DNA of 64,000 nt from an uncultured Planctomycetia bacterium. Its GTDB lineage: Bacteria > Omnitrophota > Gorgyraeia > B26-G9. The notes under the pieces are model-generated. The model saw only the letters and a list, made by a program, of their open reading frames with translations. It searched no databases and was not told the origin of the DNA. A program made the position numbers and the translations under genes. Location of the stretch: the NCBI GenBank assembly GCA_964437495.1, contig CAYTGV010000004.1, positions 40,413 through 104,412 of the forward strand, in the 5' to 3' direction. Every line of letters begins with the position of its first letter. Within the stretch, counting starts at the first letter, position 1. Shown here one piece after another: positions 52,274-62,674 of the stretch.

Positions 52274-54433
52274 ATGGGAGGCAATCGGTTGGATAAGACA
52301 TCCATTATCAGGCATATTACTAAAGAATTAAATCAGAAGATTCTCTCTGTTCATAACACGATCGAATTATTAGAAGAAGGTTCGACAATCCCGTTTATCG
52401 CTCGCTATCGTAAAGAGAAGACCGGGGGGATCAATGAGATCGTGATCCGCTCTGTTGCGGAAAGATGGGATTATTATCGGGAACTGGAAAAAAGGAAAGA
52501 AACAATTTTAAAGACAATTACCCAGCAGGATAAATTAACACCACAATTGCAAAAGCAGATACTGGAATGTCTTGATAAGAATAAGCTGGAAGATATTTAT
52601 CTTCCCTTTAAGCCTAAAAAAAGAACCCGGGCTTTGATCGCAAAAGAAAAAGGATTGGCCCCTTTAGCCCAGATCATGCTCAAGCAGCTTGTACATACTC
52701 AGATCAAGGAGCAGATAGTTGCCCCTTATATAAATCCCGACAAACAAGTTCTCTCTTACGAAGATGCGGTAAAAGGCGCACAAGACATTATTGCTGAAAC
52801 AATAGCGGATGATGTGTTTATCCGCGGATGGGTAAGAGATCGGGTCTGGGAAAAAGGTTTTCTGCAAAGTAATGCAAAAAAACAATGGGTGGAAAAGGAA
52901 ACAAAATTTAAAAATTATTATGAGTTTTCTGAAGCCTTAAAAAAGGCTCCATCGCATCGGGTTTTGGCCATTCGACGTGGCGCACAAGAAGGTGTATTGA
53001 ATTGGAAGATTGTCATAGAAGAGGAAATATTTATTGATTTCATCAAAGGGCATGTGATTAAAAATCCAAAATGCCTGTTTGCGGATGAATTAGCCGGGGC
53101 GGCGGTCGATAGTTTTCAGCGGCTTATTTTTGCTCAAGTGGAAAGAGAAGTGATTGTTTTGAAACTTGAAGAATCAGAAAAAGAGGCGATAAAGGTATTT
53201 TCCGATAATCTTCATAAGCTTCTTTTATCAGCTCCGGCAGGCAGTAAAGTGATCATGGGTGTTGATCCTGGATTTAGAACCGGGTGTAAAGTAGTTGTGA
53301 TTGACGCAAAAGGAGATTTTAAAGAGTTTAAGGTTATCTATCCGCATGAAAAAAACAGAAAAGCCCAGGCAAAAGAAATAGTAAGCGGCTTTATAAAAAA
53401 ATATAATGTGGAGCTTATTGCTATCGGTAATGGCACGGCTTCAAAAGAAAGCGATATTTTTATCAGGCGATTGATAAAAGAGAATAATTTAAAATTAAAT
53501 TCCGTTGTAGTCAGCGAGGTCGGGGCATCAGTATATTCAGCATCAGAGGTGGCGGCCAAGGAATTTCCGGATGAGGATGTTACAGTGCGTGGGGCAATAA
53601 GTATTGCCCGCAGGCTACAGGACCCTTTGGCTGAATTAGTGAAGATAGATCCTAAAGCAATCGGAGTGGGGCAGTATCAGCACGATGTGAATCAGGTTGC
53701 CTTAAAAAAAGCATTAGACCAGATCGTAGAATCATGCGTTAATTATGTTGGAGTTGAATTGAACAGGGCTTCATGTGAACTGCTTGCTTTTGTATCCGGG
53801 ATCGGGCCGACAGTAGCAAATAATATTGTTAAATTCCGTCGTGAAAAAGGGCCGTTTCAAAGCCGCAGAGAATTATTAAAAGTAGCTAAGCTGGGACCCA
53901 AGGTCTTTGAGCAAAGTGCGGGGTTTTTAAGAATAGGGAGCAGTGTGCATCCATTAGATAATTCGGCAATTCATCCAGAGGCTTATTTGGTTGTAGAGAA
54001 TATGGCCCAGGATTATGGTATGAAACTAGAAAAAATTATTGGTAATGAAAACCTGATCGACAGCATAGAAATTGAGAAATATATCAGTGATGATTTTGGC
54101 ATGCCAACACTTAAGGATATTCTCGCGGAATTAAAAAAACCGGGAAGAGATCCAAGAAAGGAATTTAAAAGTATTATATTCTCGGATTCTGTAAATACTA
54201 TGGATGATCTATTTGTTGGTATGACATTAGAGGGGATAGTGACCAATGTGACTAATTTCGGGGCCTTTGTTGATATTGGAGTGCATCAGGATGGGTTGAT
54301 ACATATTTCCCAATTAAGTGATAGCTTTGTTCGCAATCCCCAGGAAATAGTGTCGGTTGGTGATGAGGTTAAAGTGGAAGTGTTAAAAATAGAAATTTCG
54401 CTAAAAAGAATAGCATTAAAGAGAATTAAGTAA
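52274..54433 (+). CDS. tex: Transcription accessory protein Tex (YqgF/RuvC-like + HhH + S1 domains)
   Basis: N-terminal IPFIARYRKEKTGG; the C-terminal S1 domain is GMTLEGIVTNVTNFGAFVDIGVHQDGLIHISQLSD; 719 aa. Confidence 0.8.
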   Translation: MGGNRLDKTSIIRHITKELNQKILSVHNTIELLEEGSTIPFIARYRKEKTGGINEIVIRSVAERWDYYRELEKRKETILKTITQQDKLTPQLQKQILECLDKNKLEDIYLPFKPKKRTRALIAKEKGLAPLAQIMLKQLVHTQIKEQIVAPYINPDKQVLSYEDAVKGAQDIIAETIADDVFIRGWVRDRVWEKGFLQSNAKKQWVEKETKFKNYYEFSEALKKAPSHRVLAIRRGAQEGVLNWKIVIEEEIFIDFIKGHVIKNPKCLFADELAGAAVDSFQRLIFAQVEREVIVLKLEESEKEAIKVFSDNLHKLLLSAPAGSKVIMGVDPGFRTGCKVVVIDAKGDFKEFKVIYPHEKNRKAQAKEIVSGFIKKYNVELIAIGNGTASKESDIFIRRLIKENNLKLNSVVVSEVGASVYSASEVAAKEFPDEDVTVRGAISIARRLQDPLAELVKIDPKAIGVGQYQHDVNQVALKKALDQIVESCVNYVGVELNRASCELLAFVSGIGPTVANNIVKFRREKGPFQSRRELLKVAKLGPKVFEQSAGFLRIGSSVHPLDNSAIHPEAYLVVENMAQDYGMKLEKIIGNENLIDSIEIEKYISDDFGMPTLKDILAELKKPGRDPRKEFKSIIFSDSVNTMDDLFVGMTLEGIVTNVTNFGAFVDIGVHQDGLIHISQLSDSFVRNPQEIVSVGDEVKVEVLKIEISLKRIALKRIK

Positions 54434-54483
54434 TATGATACTTATCATAAGGATATAATTGTTAAAAACAAAGGAGGAGAGAG

Positions 54484-54579
54484 ATGGGTAAAAGTCATGA
54501 TGCTAAAAAACAAGTAAAAAAGCCGGCGGCAAAAACACTGAAAGAGAAAAGGCTTGAGAAAAAAACAAAAAAGAAATAA
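54484..54579 (+). CDS. Lysine-rich mini-protein (31 aa)
   Basis: MGKSHDAKKQVKKPAAKTLKEKRLEKKTKKK* with RBS AAAGGAGGAGAGAG; below the track threshold. Confidence 0.3.
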   Translation: MGKSHDAKKQVKKPAAKTLKEKRLEKKTKKK

Positions 54580-54593
54580 AGAAAAGCAAGAAG

Positions 54594-54800
54594 GTGTTTG
54601 TAATGGAAGAGCGAATAATTGAGCTAGAAAAAAGAGTGGCGTTTCAGGATGCGGAAATTAAGGACTTGAGCAGTGCTCTTTTGAGTCAACATAAAGAGAT
54701 AGAGGCTTTGACCAAAAGCATAGCCTTGCTTAAGGATAAGGTAGGAAGCGGATCTTTGGTCAAAGATGCCCAGGATGAAGAATCGCCGCCGCATTACTAA
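54594..54800 (+). CDS. slyX: SlyX-family protein
   Basis: MEERIIELEKRVAFQDAEIKDLSSALLSQHKEIEALTKSIALLKDKV, close to SlyX MEQRIEELEMKLAFQE... Confidence 0.65.
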   Translation: MFVMEERIIELEKRVAFQDAEIKDLSSALLSQHKEIEALTKSIALLKDKVGSGSLVKDAQDEESPPHY

Positions 54801-54871
54801 TCGTCATTCTTAAGCTTGTTGCCTTGTGAATTGTTAGGCTGAGTATAGGAATAACCATTGATCAGGTTCTT

Positions 54872-55132
54872 GTGTTTTTAAATAAAGGAATAAAGAATCT
54901 TATTAATATGATGACCCCGGATAAAGAGTATTTTATCAAGCTTTTGCGTACACGTATGCCTTTCGGCAAATACAAGGGCAGGCTCCTAGTCGACCTGCCT
55001 GAGCCGTATGTTGTCTGGATGGCAGGCAAGGGATTTAAGAACGATTCTCTAGGGAAAATGCTTCAGACTGTCTACGAGATAAAGTTAAACGGGTTGGAGT
55101 ATTTGCTTGAACCGATCCGAAAAGCCCTCTAG
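54872..55132 (+). CDS. DUF3820-family protein
   Basis: MPFGKYKGRLLVDLPEPYVVWMAGKGFKNDSLGKMLQTVYEIKLNGLEYLL. Confidence 0.5.
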   Translation: MFLNKGIKNLINMMTPDKEYFIKLLRTRMPFGKYKGRLLVDLPEPYVVWMAGKGFKNDSLGKMLQTVYEIKLNGLEYLLEPIRKAL

Positions 55133-55138
55133 TACTTA

Positions 55139-55173
55139 GACCCTCATTCCACCTACGCGGTGGAATGAGGGTC
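55139..55173. repeat. REP-like perfect palindrome (15-bp stem, 5-nt loop) upstream of the HUH transposase
   Basis: GACCCTCATTCCACC-TACGC-GGTGGAATGAGGGTC. Confidence 0.7.
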
Positions 55174-55202
55174 TGTAGCGATATAGAGTAGGGGAAGATA
55201 GA

Positions 55203-55892
55203 ATGAATACAACTGATAAACATAATCCAGTAACTGGTGAGATTTATCATGTGTTTACAAAAAGCATTGCCGGATTTAGGATATTTGATGATGATGATGA
55301 GTTTTTTAGAATAAAAGAAATCAGCCGTTATTATCAGCAAAAAGATCTCGCCCTAAAATTTTCTCGCTTCAAAGAGCTTCAAGAAAGATTAGAAATTAAA
55401 CCTAAACCCATAACTCTCGATGAACGCATTGTCGATATTATTGTGTATTGTTTTATGCCTACTCACATTCATTTAATTTTAAAGCAATTGGAGGATCGTG
55501 CGATATCTGTATATATGAATAATATTTTAAACAGCTATACCAGATATTTCAATATTAGACATAAGCGCAAGGGGCCATTGTGGGAAGGGCGGTTCAAGAA
55601 AGTATTAATGGTAACTGATGAACAATTATTACATTTAACCCGTTACATTCACTTGAATCCAGTTACTGCACATATAATAGAAAAACCAGAACAATGGGGC
55701 GCCTCATCTTATAATGAATATCTTAATAAGGGCCATTTTGAATATAGGATTACATTTTTTGAAAATGTGCTGGATATTATTACCTCAGATTATAAGGAAT
55801 TTGTTGAAGATAGGAAAGATTACCAAAGAGAGTTAAAAGAAATCGAATATATGCTTCTTGAAAACCCTCATTCCACCTACGCGGTGGAATGA
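55203..55892 (+). CDS. HUH-Y1 transposase of the IS200/IS605 superfamily, probably a REP-associated tyrosine transposase (RAYT)
   Basis: HUH motif PTHIHLIL and catalytic Tyr region SYTRYFNIRHKRKGPLWEGRFK. It is flanked by identical REP palindromes, and its last codons run into the downstream palindrome. Confidence 0.6.
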   Translation: MNTTDKHNPVTGEIYHVFTKSIAGFRIFDDDDEFFRIKEISRYYQQKDLALKFSRFKELQERLEIKPKPITLDERIVDIIVYCFMPTHIHLILKQLEDRAISVYMNNILNSYTRYFNIRHKRKGPLWEGRFKKVLMVTDEQLLHLTRYIHLNPVTAHIIEKPEQWGASSYNEYLNKGHFEYRITFFENVLDIITSDYKEFVEDRKDYQRELKEIEYMLLENPHSTYAVE

Positions 55893-55896
55893 GGGT
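55864..55896. repeat. Second REP-like palindrome (14-bp stem) at the 3' end of the transposase gene
   Basis: ACCCTCATTCCACC-TACGC-GGTGGAATGAGGGT. Confidence 0.7.
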
Positions 55897-55906
55897 GAAA
55901 GGATAG

Positions 55907-56245
55907 ATGATGGAACAAAAGGTTGGGAATTTATTTGAGGGGGTTGCTGGTCAACGGACAGAAGAAATTTTTGATACATTGCTGGAAACAGAAAATTTTC
56001 GAATTGAGCGCATCGTTTCTCAAGGTCAAAACACACCCAAGGGTGAATGGCTTGAGCAAAAACAGGCAGAGTGGGTTGTTTTGCTCAAGGGTGCGACAAG
56101 GCTGTCCTGGGCTCAAAAGCCAGAGATAATGGAGCTGAAGCCAGGAGATTATGTGCATATCCCGGCAAATTGCAAGCATCGTGTAGAATGGACAGACCCT
56201 AAAATAAAAACTGTCTGGCTTGCTCTACATTATAACAATAAGTAA
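55907..56245 (+). CDS. Cupin-domain protein
   Basis: GDYVHIPANCKHRVEW is a cupin motif-2-like sequence; 112 aa. Confidence 0.45.
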   Translation: MMEQKVGNLFEGVAGQRTEEIFDTLLETENFRIERIVSQGQNTPKGEWLEQKQAEWVVLLKGATRLSWAQKPEIMELKPGDYVHIPANCKHRVEWTDPKIKTVWLALHYNNK

Positions 56246-56316
56246 AAATAAGCACTCTTTTAGACGTCCTAATGGTATAATAAGCCTAGAAGGTAAAATG
56301 AAAAAAGGAGGCGGTT

Positions 56317-56889
56317 ATGAAGTATTTGATTGTTTATGCTCATCCCAATCCGAAGAGTTTTAATAATGCGATAAGAGGGCATGTTGAGGCGGCATTAAAA
56401 AAGCAGGGCAAGCAGTATAGCGTGCGCGATTTATACCTATTAAAATGGAATCCAGTATTAGGCGGAGAGGATTTAAATTTTTCTAAAAAAGGAAAAACTC
56501 CCGCAGATATTAAAACAGAACAGCAATATATAAAAGAAGCGGATGTGATCATTGTTATTCATCCGATTTGGTGGTTCGGCATGCCGGCTGTTCTCAAGGG
56601 CTATATTGACCGGGTTTTTTCTGCTGGGTTTGCCTATGAATATGCGGCTGATGGCATTAAGGGGCTTTTAGCAGACAAGAAAGTGATGATTATTAATACT
56701 ACCGGCGGCCCTCAGGAGAGTTATTCCAAGGGCGGATTTAAAGACGCGTTGGGTAAGATATTTAAAGACGGCACCTATGGATTTTGCGCAATGGAAGTTA
56801 TAAAGCATTTATTTTTCTTTGCTGTTTCTACTGTTACAAAAGAAGCCAGAGAAGAGATGCTTGTTGAAATAGATAATTTGGAATTTTAA
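56317..56889 (+). CDS. Flavodoxin-like NAD(P)H dehydrogenase (quinone) family protein
   Basis: MKYLIVYAHPNPKSFNNAI ... ADVIIVIHPIWWFGMPAVLKGYIDRV is typical of the Flavodoxin_2 / MdaB / KefF family. Confidence 0.6.
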   Translation: MKYLIVYAHPNPKSFNNAIRGHVEAALKKQGKQYSVRDLYLLKWNPVLGGEDLNFSKKGKTPADIKTEQQYIKEADVIIVIHPIWWFGMPAVLKGYIDRVFSAGFAYEYAADGIKGLLADKKVMIINTTGGPQESYSKGGFKDALGKIFKDGTYGFCAMEVIKHLFFFAVSTVTKEAREEMLVEIDNLEF

Positions 56890-57076
56890 GTGAGCTTTAG
56901 GAAAGAATATTTTCTGTTTCCCAAAAAAAGCGATCAAGTAGAAAGGAAAGGATGCTAGGGCGGGCATTCTTTATCTAGGGGGTATGCGGGAGCAGGGATT
57001 GTGTTTTATTGAAAAGCGGGCAATGATAGATGTCATGCCCGCTTTTTTTATCTATAATTTTTCTGTTAAAACACAG

Positions 57077-58456
57077 CTACTTATTATCAGATACCTTTAA
57101 TTTGTTCAAGATCTCTTCTGCTGCTTTAACCATAGGGTTGTGCGCAGGATAGAAGGATTGATACGGCTGCGAGGCATAGGAAAAGCTTGTTAACTGTTCA
57201 AGGGTTATGCCGTATTGAATGGCCATTGTAATCTTATCTATCTTGTCTGCTACCGGCCTGCCGCTTACGACCTGGCCTCCGATTATTTTGTGTGTTTGCT
57301 TGTCAGCGATCAGCTTTAACCTTATCTTTTTAGCGCTGGGCATTACCGGAAAGGCTGTGGTAAATTCAGCGTATCCGATTTCGATATCAAAAAGGTCTTG
57401 GGCTGCCTTTTCAGAAAAACCAGTGCCTCCGATATAATATTCATTGATTTTAGTTGCCGCTCCGTTATAAAATCCCGGATAAGTGCGGTTTTCGCCAAGC
57501 AGATTGTTTGCTAAAAGCCGTGCCATAGGCACAGCGTTTGTTGCTAGTTTGCCGGAAAGAACCTGGCCTGTTAGCGCGCTTGTAAATTGGCAGCAGTCTC
57601 CGACGGCGTAAACATCTTTTATATTGGTTTGCATTTTATTGTTGATTATTATACCGTCTCTTTCGATTTTAAGTTCTGTATCTTTGAATAATTCTATGCT
57701 TGGGCGCATGCCTACGGCGAAAACAACCAGGCCGGGAATCGTGTCCTTGTCAGCCTCAGAGCAGTTGTCTAGGTGATTGAAATGAATTATCTGCATGTTT
57801 CCAAGTATTACCTCTTTGACATGGCCGTTACCTCTTAATTCGGTTACTTTGCTTTTCAGGTGCAGGTTTATGCCGGATTTTATCAGTGATTCCTGCGCTT
57901 CTTCAACCATTCCGTAATCAGCCATATTTGGCAGTATGTAATCAGCTATGTCTGCAAGATGGGTTTCTACTTTTCTTTCGTTTAATGCCTGCGCAAGTTC
58001 AACGCCGATAGCTCCTGCTCCGACAACTACTGCTTTTTTCAAGCCGTTATCAACCAGATTGATGATTTTTTTAAGGTCATCTTCTGTCTTAAAGGTTGTG
58101 ATTCCTTCTAGGTCATGGCCGGGGATAGGCGGGAAAACAGGAGAAGCTCCGGTCGCGATGATCAATTTCTCGTAGGCTATTACACCGTTTTTTTCGGTTT
58201 TAACGGTCTTGGCGCTGAAATCTACCTCTATAGCCTTATCGCGGATAAGCTCGGCTTGAGCGCCTGTAATAAGCGCGTCTTTTTTTAGCGTCTTTTCAAT
58301 AGGCAGCAGCTTTTCTATGGCATAGGGCATGGCGCAGTAGATCATTGAATGATCTTCCGGGCGGATAATGCCGACTTTTTTTCTGTCTTGAATGATTTTG
58401 GCAATTGTAATTGCCGCCGGGCCGCCGCCGATAACCAGAATATCAAATTTTTTCAT
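57077..58456 (-). CDS. FAD-dependent pyridine-nucleotide-disulfide oxidoreductase (NADH oxidase / CoA-disulfide reductase family)
   Basis: N-terminal FDILVIGGGPAAITIA; redox-active Cys in SMIYCAMPY (SxxxCxLPY); a second dinucleotide motif AVVVGAGAIGVELA; 459 aa. Confidence 0.65.
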   Translation of the reverse strand: MKKFDILVIGGGPAAITIAKIIQDRKKVGIIRPEDHSMIYCAMPYAIEKLLPIEKTLKKDALITGAQAELIRDKAIEVDFSAKTVKTEKNGVIAYEKLIIATGASPVFPPIPGHDLEGITTFKTEDDLKKIINLVDNGLKKAVVVGAGAIGVELAQALNERKVETHLADIADYILPNMADYGMVEEAQESLIKSGINLHLKSKVTELRGNGHVKEVILGNMQIIHFNHLDNCSEADKDTIPGLVVFAVGMRPSIELFKDTELKIERDGIIINNKMQTNIKDVYAVGDCCQFTSALTGQVLSGKLATNAVPMARLLANNLLGENRTYPGFYNGAATKINEYYIGGTGFSEKAAQDLFDIEIGYAEFTTAFPVMPSAKKIRLKLIADKQTHKIIGGQVVSGRPVADKIDKITMAIQYGITLEQLTSFSYASQPYQSFYPAHNPMVKAAEEILNKLKVSDNK

Positions 58457-58760
58457 TTTTCTCCTTTTTCTTTTACGGTAATGGTTGAATGTTTTTGGGA
58501 TACAGCTTTATTTGCGCTTTTATAAACTGAATTAATCGTTTAAAGTGTTTTTATTCTTGTACCATAATTGGCAACAGTGTGTCAATAAAACAATTTGAAA
58601 ATCGGGGTCTTGTACGGGGAAATTCTCAGATACAGGTAATTTTTGTTTACCATATATTTAATAATATTTATTAATATATCCAGGTTCTTCAAACTTTTCT
58701 GAAAAAAGAGGATTATATTAATTATAGCTAAATCCCTTCCTTAATAATATAATAAACCCC

Positions 58761-59915
58761 ATGGATTTTAATAAACCAGATATAGTTTTAATTACCTGTG
58801 CCCGCGGTCTTGTGCCTTTTTTGATCAAGGAGGTAGAGGCACTTGGTTATGTGATTGAGTCAACTCATGATACCGGGCTTGAGATACGGGCATCTTTAAA
58901 TGATACTCAAAAGCTCAATCTTTATCTGCGCACAGCTTTTAATGTGCTTTATTTATTAAAGAAATTCACCTGTATCAGCCCTGATGAGCTTTATCAGGAA
59001 GTGAGTTCTATCGCATGGGAAGATATTATTGAGGCAAAAGAATATTTAAGTATAACGGCGGTTACTAGCTCAGAGCATATTAAAAATTCTATATTTGCTA
59101 GCCAAAAAACCAAAGACGCCATTGTCGATTGCATTACTAAAAAATACGGCAGCCGCCCTAATTCCGGAGCAGAGCGTGATAATGTGGTTTTAAATCTTTA
59201 TTGGAAAGACGATACCTGCTGGCTGTACTTAAATACATCAGGGAAAAAATTATCTGATCGAACATATAGAAAAATCCCTTTTAAGGCACCATTGCAGGAG
59301 ACCCTGGCCGCAGCGATAATTCAGGCCACGGGCTATGACGGTTCTATGCCTTTGGTAAATCCAATGTGCGGAAGCGGAACACTTGCTATAGAAGCCGCGC
59401 TTGTTGCCTTAAAAAGATATCCTGGACTTTTGAGAAATAATTTTGGGTTTATGCATATTAAAGGTTTTGACAAAGATATTTGGGCAAAGGTACGTAAGGC
59501 TGCGCATGCAGGCGTGCTGAAAAAAAATGCTGGGTGTATAATTGCTACTGATATTGACCCAAAGGCCATTGAGGCGGCGAAGAAAAATGCGCAGACAGCA
59601 GGCGTTGATTCGATTATAGAATTCAAGGTATGTGATTATAGTAAAACTGCAGTGCCGGCGGAACCGGGCATTATTGTGCTTAATCCGGAATACGGGTTTC
59701 GCATGGGGGATGAGAAAAAACTGGAGGCAACATATAAAGAGATCGGGGATTTTTTTAAACAAGCTTGCCCCGGATATAAAGGATATATATTTACCGGCAA
59801 TCTTGGCCTTGGAAAAAAAGTTGGCCTGCGCACCAGCCGCAAGCTGATATTCTATAATGCCCGTATTGAATGCCGCCTGCTTGAATATATAATGTATGTG
59901 GGAACGGGAAATTAG
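58761..59915 (+). CDS. rlmL: THUMP-domain class I SAM-dependent RNA methyltransferase (RlmL / 23S rRNA m2G2445-like)
   Basis: N-terminal THUMP-like region, then DPMCGSGTLAIEAAL (SAM motif I) and VLNPEYG (NPPY-type motif IV). Confidence 0.55.
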   Translation: MDFNKPDIVLITCARGLVPFLIKEVEALGYVIESTHDTGLEIRASLNDTQKLNLYLRTAFNVLYLLKKFTCISPDELYQEVSSIAWEDIIEAKEYLSITAVTSSEHIKNSIFASQKTKDAIVDCITKKYGSRPNSGAERDNVVLNLYWKDDTCWLYLNTSGKKLSDRTYRKIPFKAPLQETLAAAIIQATGYDGSMPLVNPMCGSGTLAIEAALVALKRYPGLLRNNFGFMHIKGFDKDIWAKVRKAAHAGVLKKNAGCIIATDIDPKAIEAAKKNAQTAGVDSIIEFKVCDYSKTAVPAEPGIIVLNPEYGFRMGDEKKLEATYKEIGDFFKQACPGYKGYIFTGNLGLGKKVGLRTSRKLIFYNARIECRLLEYIMYVGTGN

Positions 59916-60416
59916 TTATAAGTGATGAGTTTTGAGTGAAATGTATTATGCTAACTTGGTATTGACAGAGTAAAATGTGGCTTTGTTCGGAAATGAAAAC
60001 TATTTTCATTCATTCTCGCTTTTCATCCTTGAAAAACTTCGAGGGAAACATTGGTTTTTAGCCATCCGTGTCAAAACCAATGTTTAAATCCTTAAAAACA
60101 GTTATTCATATCATCAAAGTGTGAATATTACTCGGCAATAGTACAAGTGAAAAAGAGTATCAGCTTTCTCCCAAACGCATGGCGGACAGGCATGGCTGAT
60201 AGCTATTGGTGTTGTTCCACCGCGTAGGTTAAAAGGATTGTTGCTCAAATCCATTAATTCAGGTATAATATATCAGGATAAGGGGCTCTTCTTAAATTCT
60301 TCTCAGGAGCAGGTTGACCAGCCAGGATGATTTTACTTCTTAAATATAAAAACTCACCCTTGTTATATTGATAACTTTTTCCGGTTTTATTAAGGAAAAT
60401 AAAAAAGAAAGAAAAA

Positions 60417-61643
60417 ATGACTAATTCAGTACAGAAAAATAATGAAAATATTCCCAATTTTTACGGCATGGGCATTGCTCCGAGTATTTTGGACATTCTC
60501 GTTAGACTTAAATTCACAATACCTACGCCAATTCAAGTCCAGACTATTCCCATGGCTATTGAGGGAAAGGATGTGGTGGGCATTGCTCAGACCGGAACAG
60601 GCAAGACGCTTTCGTTTGCTATCCCGATGATCCAGAGCCTGGCTGCAAAAAAGGGCACAGGCCTGGTGCTGGCTCCGACAAGAGAATTGGCTTTGCAAAT
60701 TGAAGAGGCGTTTAAGCCGATTTTAGCTGCCTTTAAACTAGAGGCTGTATGTCTTATAGGCGGCGCGCCTATGGAGCCGCAGTTAAAGGCGCTTAGGCGT
60801 AATCCCCGGATAATTATTGCAACACCAGGCAGACTGATTGATCATATGAGCAATTGGCATGTTCTGCCCCAGGAAGTTGAGATGCTTGTGCTTGATGAAG
60901 CAGACCGCATGCTGGATATGGGATTTTTGCCTCAGATAGAGATGATCTTAGGGCATCTGCCTAAAGAAAGACAGACTATGCTGTTTTCAGCAACTATGCC
61001 CAAAGAAATTGTGGGCATTGCGGCAAAGTATATGCAGCTGCCGGTTTCTGTTGAGATCGCGCCATCTGGGACAACAGCTGATAATGTTACACAGGAATTA
61101 TATATTGTTAAAAAAAGCGCTAAAACACAGCTCTTGCGTCAGGTGCTTAGCCAGTACCATGGCCCGGTGCTTTTATTTTCCCGCACAAAACATAATGCAA
61201 CACGCCTGGCAAGGGATATAAGAAAAATGGGGCACCGCGCCTCGGAGATACATTCTAACCGCACGCTTGATCAGCGCCGGGCGGCCTTGGAAGGATTTAA
61301 ATCCGGAAGATATAAAGTGCTGGTGGCTACTGATATTGCCTCTAGAGGCATTGATGTTACTGGTATTGAGCTGGTAATTAATTATGATATTCCTGATGAT
61401 GCCAGCAATTATGTGCACCGTATTGGCCGTACAGCCCGCGCTGGGCATAAAGGCCATGCCATATCTTTTGCCATGCCGGATCAAAAGCGCGATGTAGAAG
61501 ATATTGAAAAACTGATCAAGGCTACTTTGCCGGTTTCCAGGCATCCCAATGTCCAGGCAGAGGAATTTATGACAGAAACTCAGTTAAATAAGTTTAAAGT
61601 AAGAAAAAAGACAAAACGTCCTTTTCAGCCTCGCCGTAGATAA
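60417..61643 (+). CDS. DEAD-box ATP-dependent RNA helicase
   Basis: Q-motif, AQTGTGKT, PTRELA, DEAD, SAT, HRIGRTARAG; a long 5' UTR precedes it. Confidence 0.85.
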   Translation: MTNSVQKNNENIPNFYGMGIAPSILDILVRLKFTIPTPIQVQTIPMAIEGKDVVGIAQTGTGKTLSFAIPMIQSLAAKKGTGLVLAPTRELALQIEEAFKPILAAFKLEAVCLIGGAPMEPQLKALRRNPRIIIATPGRLIDHMSNWHVLPQEVEMLVLDEADRMLDMGFLPQIEMILGHLPKERQTMLFSATMPKEIVGIAAKYMQLPVSVEIAPSGTTADNVTQELYIVKKSAKTQLLRQVLSQYHGPVLLFSRTKHNATRLARDIRKMGHRASEIHSNRTLDQRRAALEGFKSGRYKVLVATDIASRGIDVTGIELVINYDIPDDASNYVHRIGRTARAGHKGHAISFAMPDQKRDVEDIEKLIKATLPVSRHPNVQAEEFMTETQLNKFKVRKKTKRPFQPRRR

Positions 61644-61823
61644 TTCTAAGCAAAATACAGGTAAATATTGCTGTAATGTCCTGCTGTGGACAGAGTTGTT
61701 CGCATTGGTACATGTATGTCCGGTAGACTTTCAAAAAGCTTATGGTATGCTTTTTCATATTGTTCAAATTTGTTTTTTATTTTTACTTAGTGTATAATGA
61801 AAATTCAATAATGAAGGGTCTTA

Positions 61824-62261
61824 ATGGAGGAGTTAAATATGGAAAAATCTGTAATGTACACACCTAGATTGCCTGATGCAAAGGCTGCTTTTTCTCGCGG
61901 CATGAAAGTTGACATTGGAAATGTTACCCAGCTATTTATTTCAGGCACAGCAAGTGTTGATGAAAATGCTAAGACTGCACATATAGGAGATTTTGTTGAG
62001 CAGGTGCGCTGGACCTATGCGAATATCGAATCATTGCTGGAACAGGCAGGCTCAGCAGTAAGTGATATTGTTAAGTTTACAATCTATTTGAAAAATATGG
62101 AAGAGTATGAACGATTTGATGAATTACGTGTTGAGTTTTTTAATCGACATGGAATAACTAGAACACATTATCCTGCAAGTACTTGTGTGGAGGCCCGTTT
62201 GTGCCGTGATGACTTGCTGGTTGAAATCGATGCAATCGCGTTAATTCCTACTAAAAAATAA
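61824..62261 (+). CDS. RidA / YjgF / L-PSP family protein
   Basis: 145 aa; LFISGTASVD and a C-terminal ...ARLCRDDLLVEIDAIAL pattern typical of RidA. The start may be the second Met, at 61839. Confidence 0.5.
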   Translation: MEELNMEKSVMYTPRLPDAKAAFSRGMKVDIGNVTQLFISGTASVDENAKTAHIGDFVEQVRWTYANIESLLEQAGSAVSDIVKFTIYLKNMEEYERFDELRVEFFNRHGITRTHYPASTCVEARLCRDDLLVEIDAIALIPTKK

Positions 62262-62674
62262 TACTATATGTTAATGAATCACGGTTTCAAATTAGTTTAA
62301 GTATACGAATTATTTTTTTTGAAGCTCATCACACATAAGTGGTTATTTACTGGATTGTTTTTCATAAGATAGTCTTTTCTTGACAAATTCTGCTTTTTTG
62401 TTAAAATAATTCAACCTTATAGAAAAAGCGCAAAACGATATATATAGAGAACACCGCAAAGGCGTAGGCAATTTAACGCCTTTTTTTATTTTAAGACGCT
62501 ATTGCAAAGCGCTCAACTGCGGCGTTATTCGCTCACTTATTTGTGCGGCGTACAGTAAGTACGTCTGTGCATTCATTCGCGAATGCCTTGGATTTGCACA
62601 TTTTCTTGAGAAAGTTTAGAAGACATGGTTTAAATAATAAAGAAGTTGTTTTATAAAAAGAAAGTTAGAATAAT

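Noticed and set aside
51613-52296. Overlapping alternative-frame track ORFs (51722-51919, 52108-52296, and 51595-51855 / 51807-52073 on the minus strand)
   Set aside because: They overlap the Smr-domain gene, the basic 103-aa ORF and the start of tex in other frames, with no motifs. They are most likely frame artefacts.
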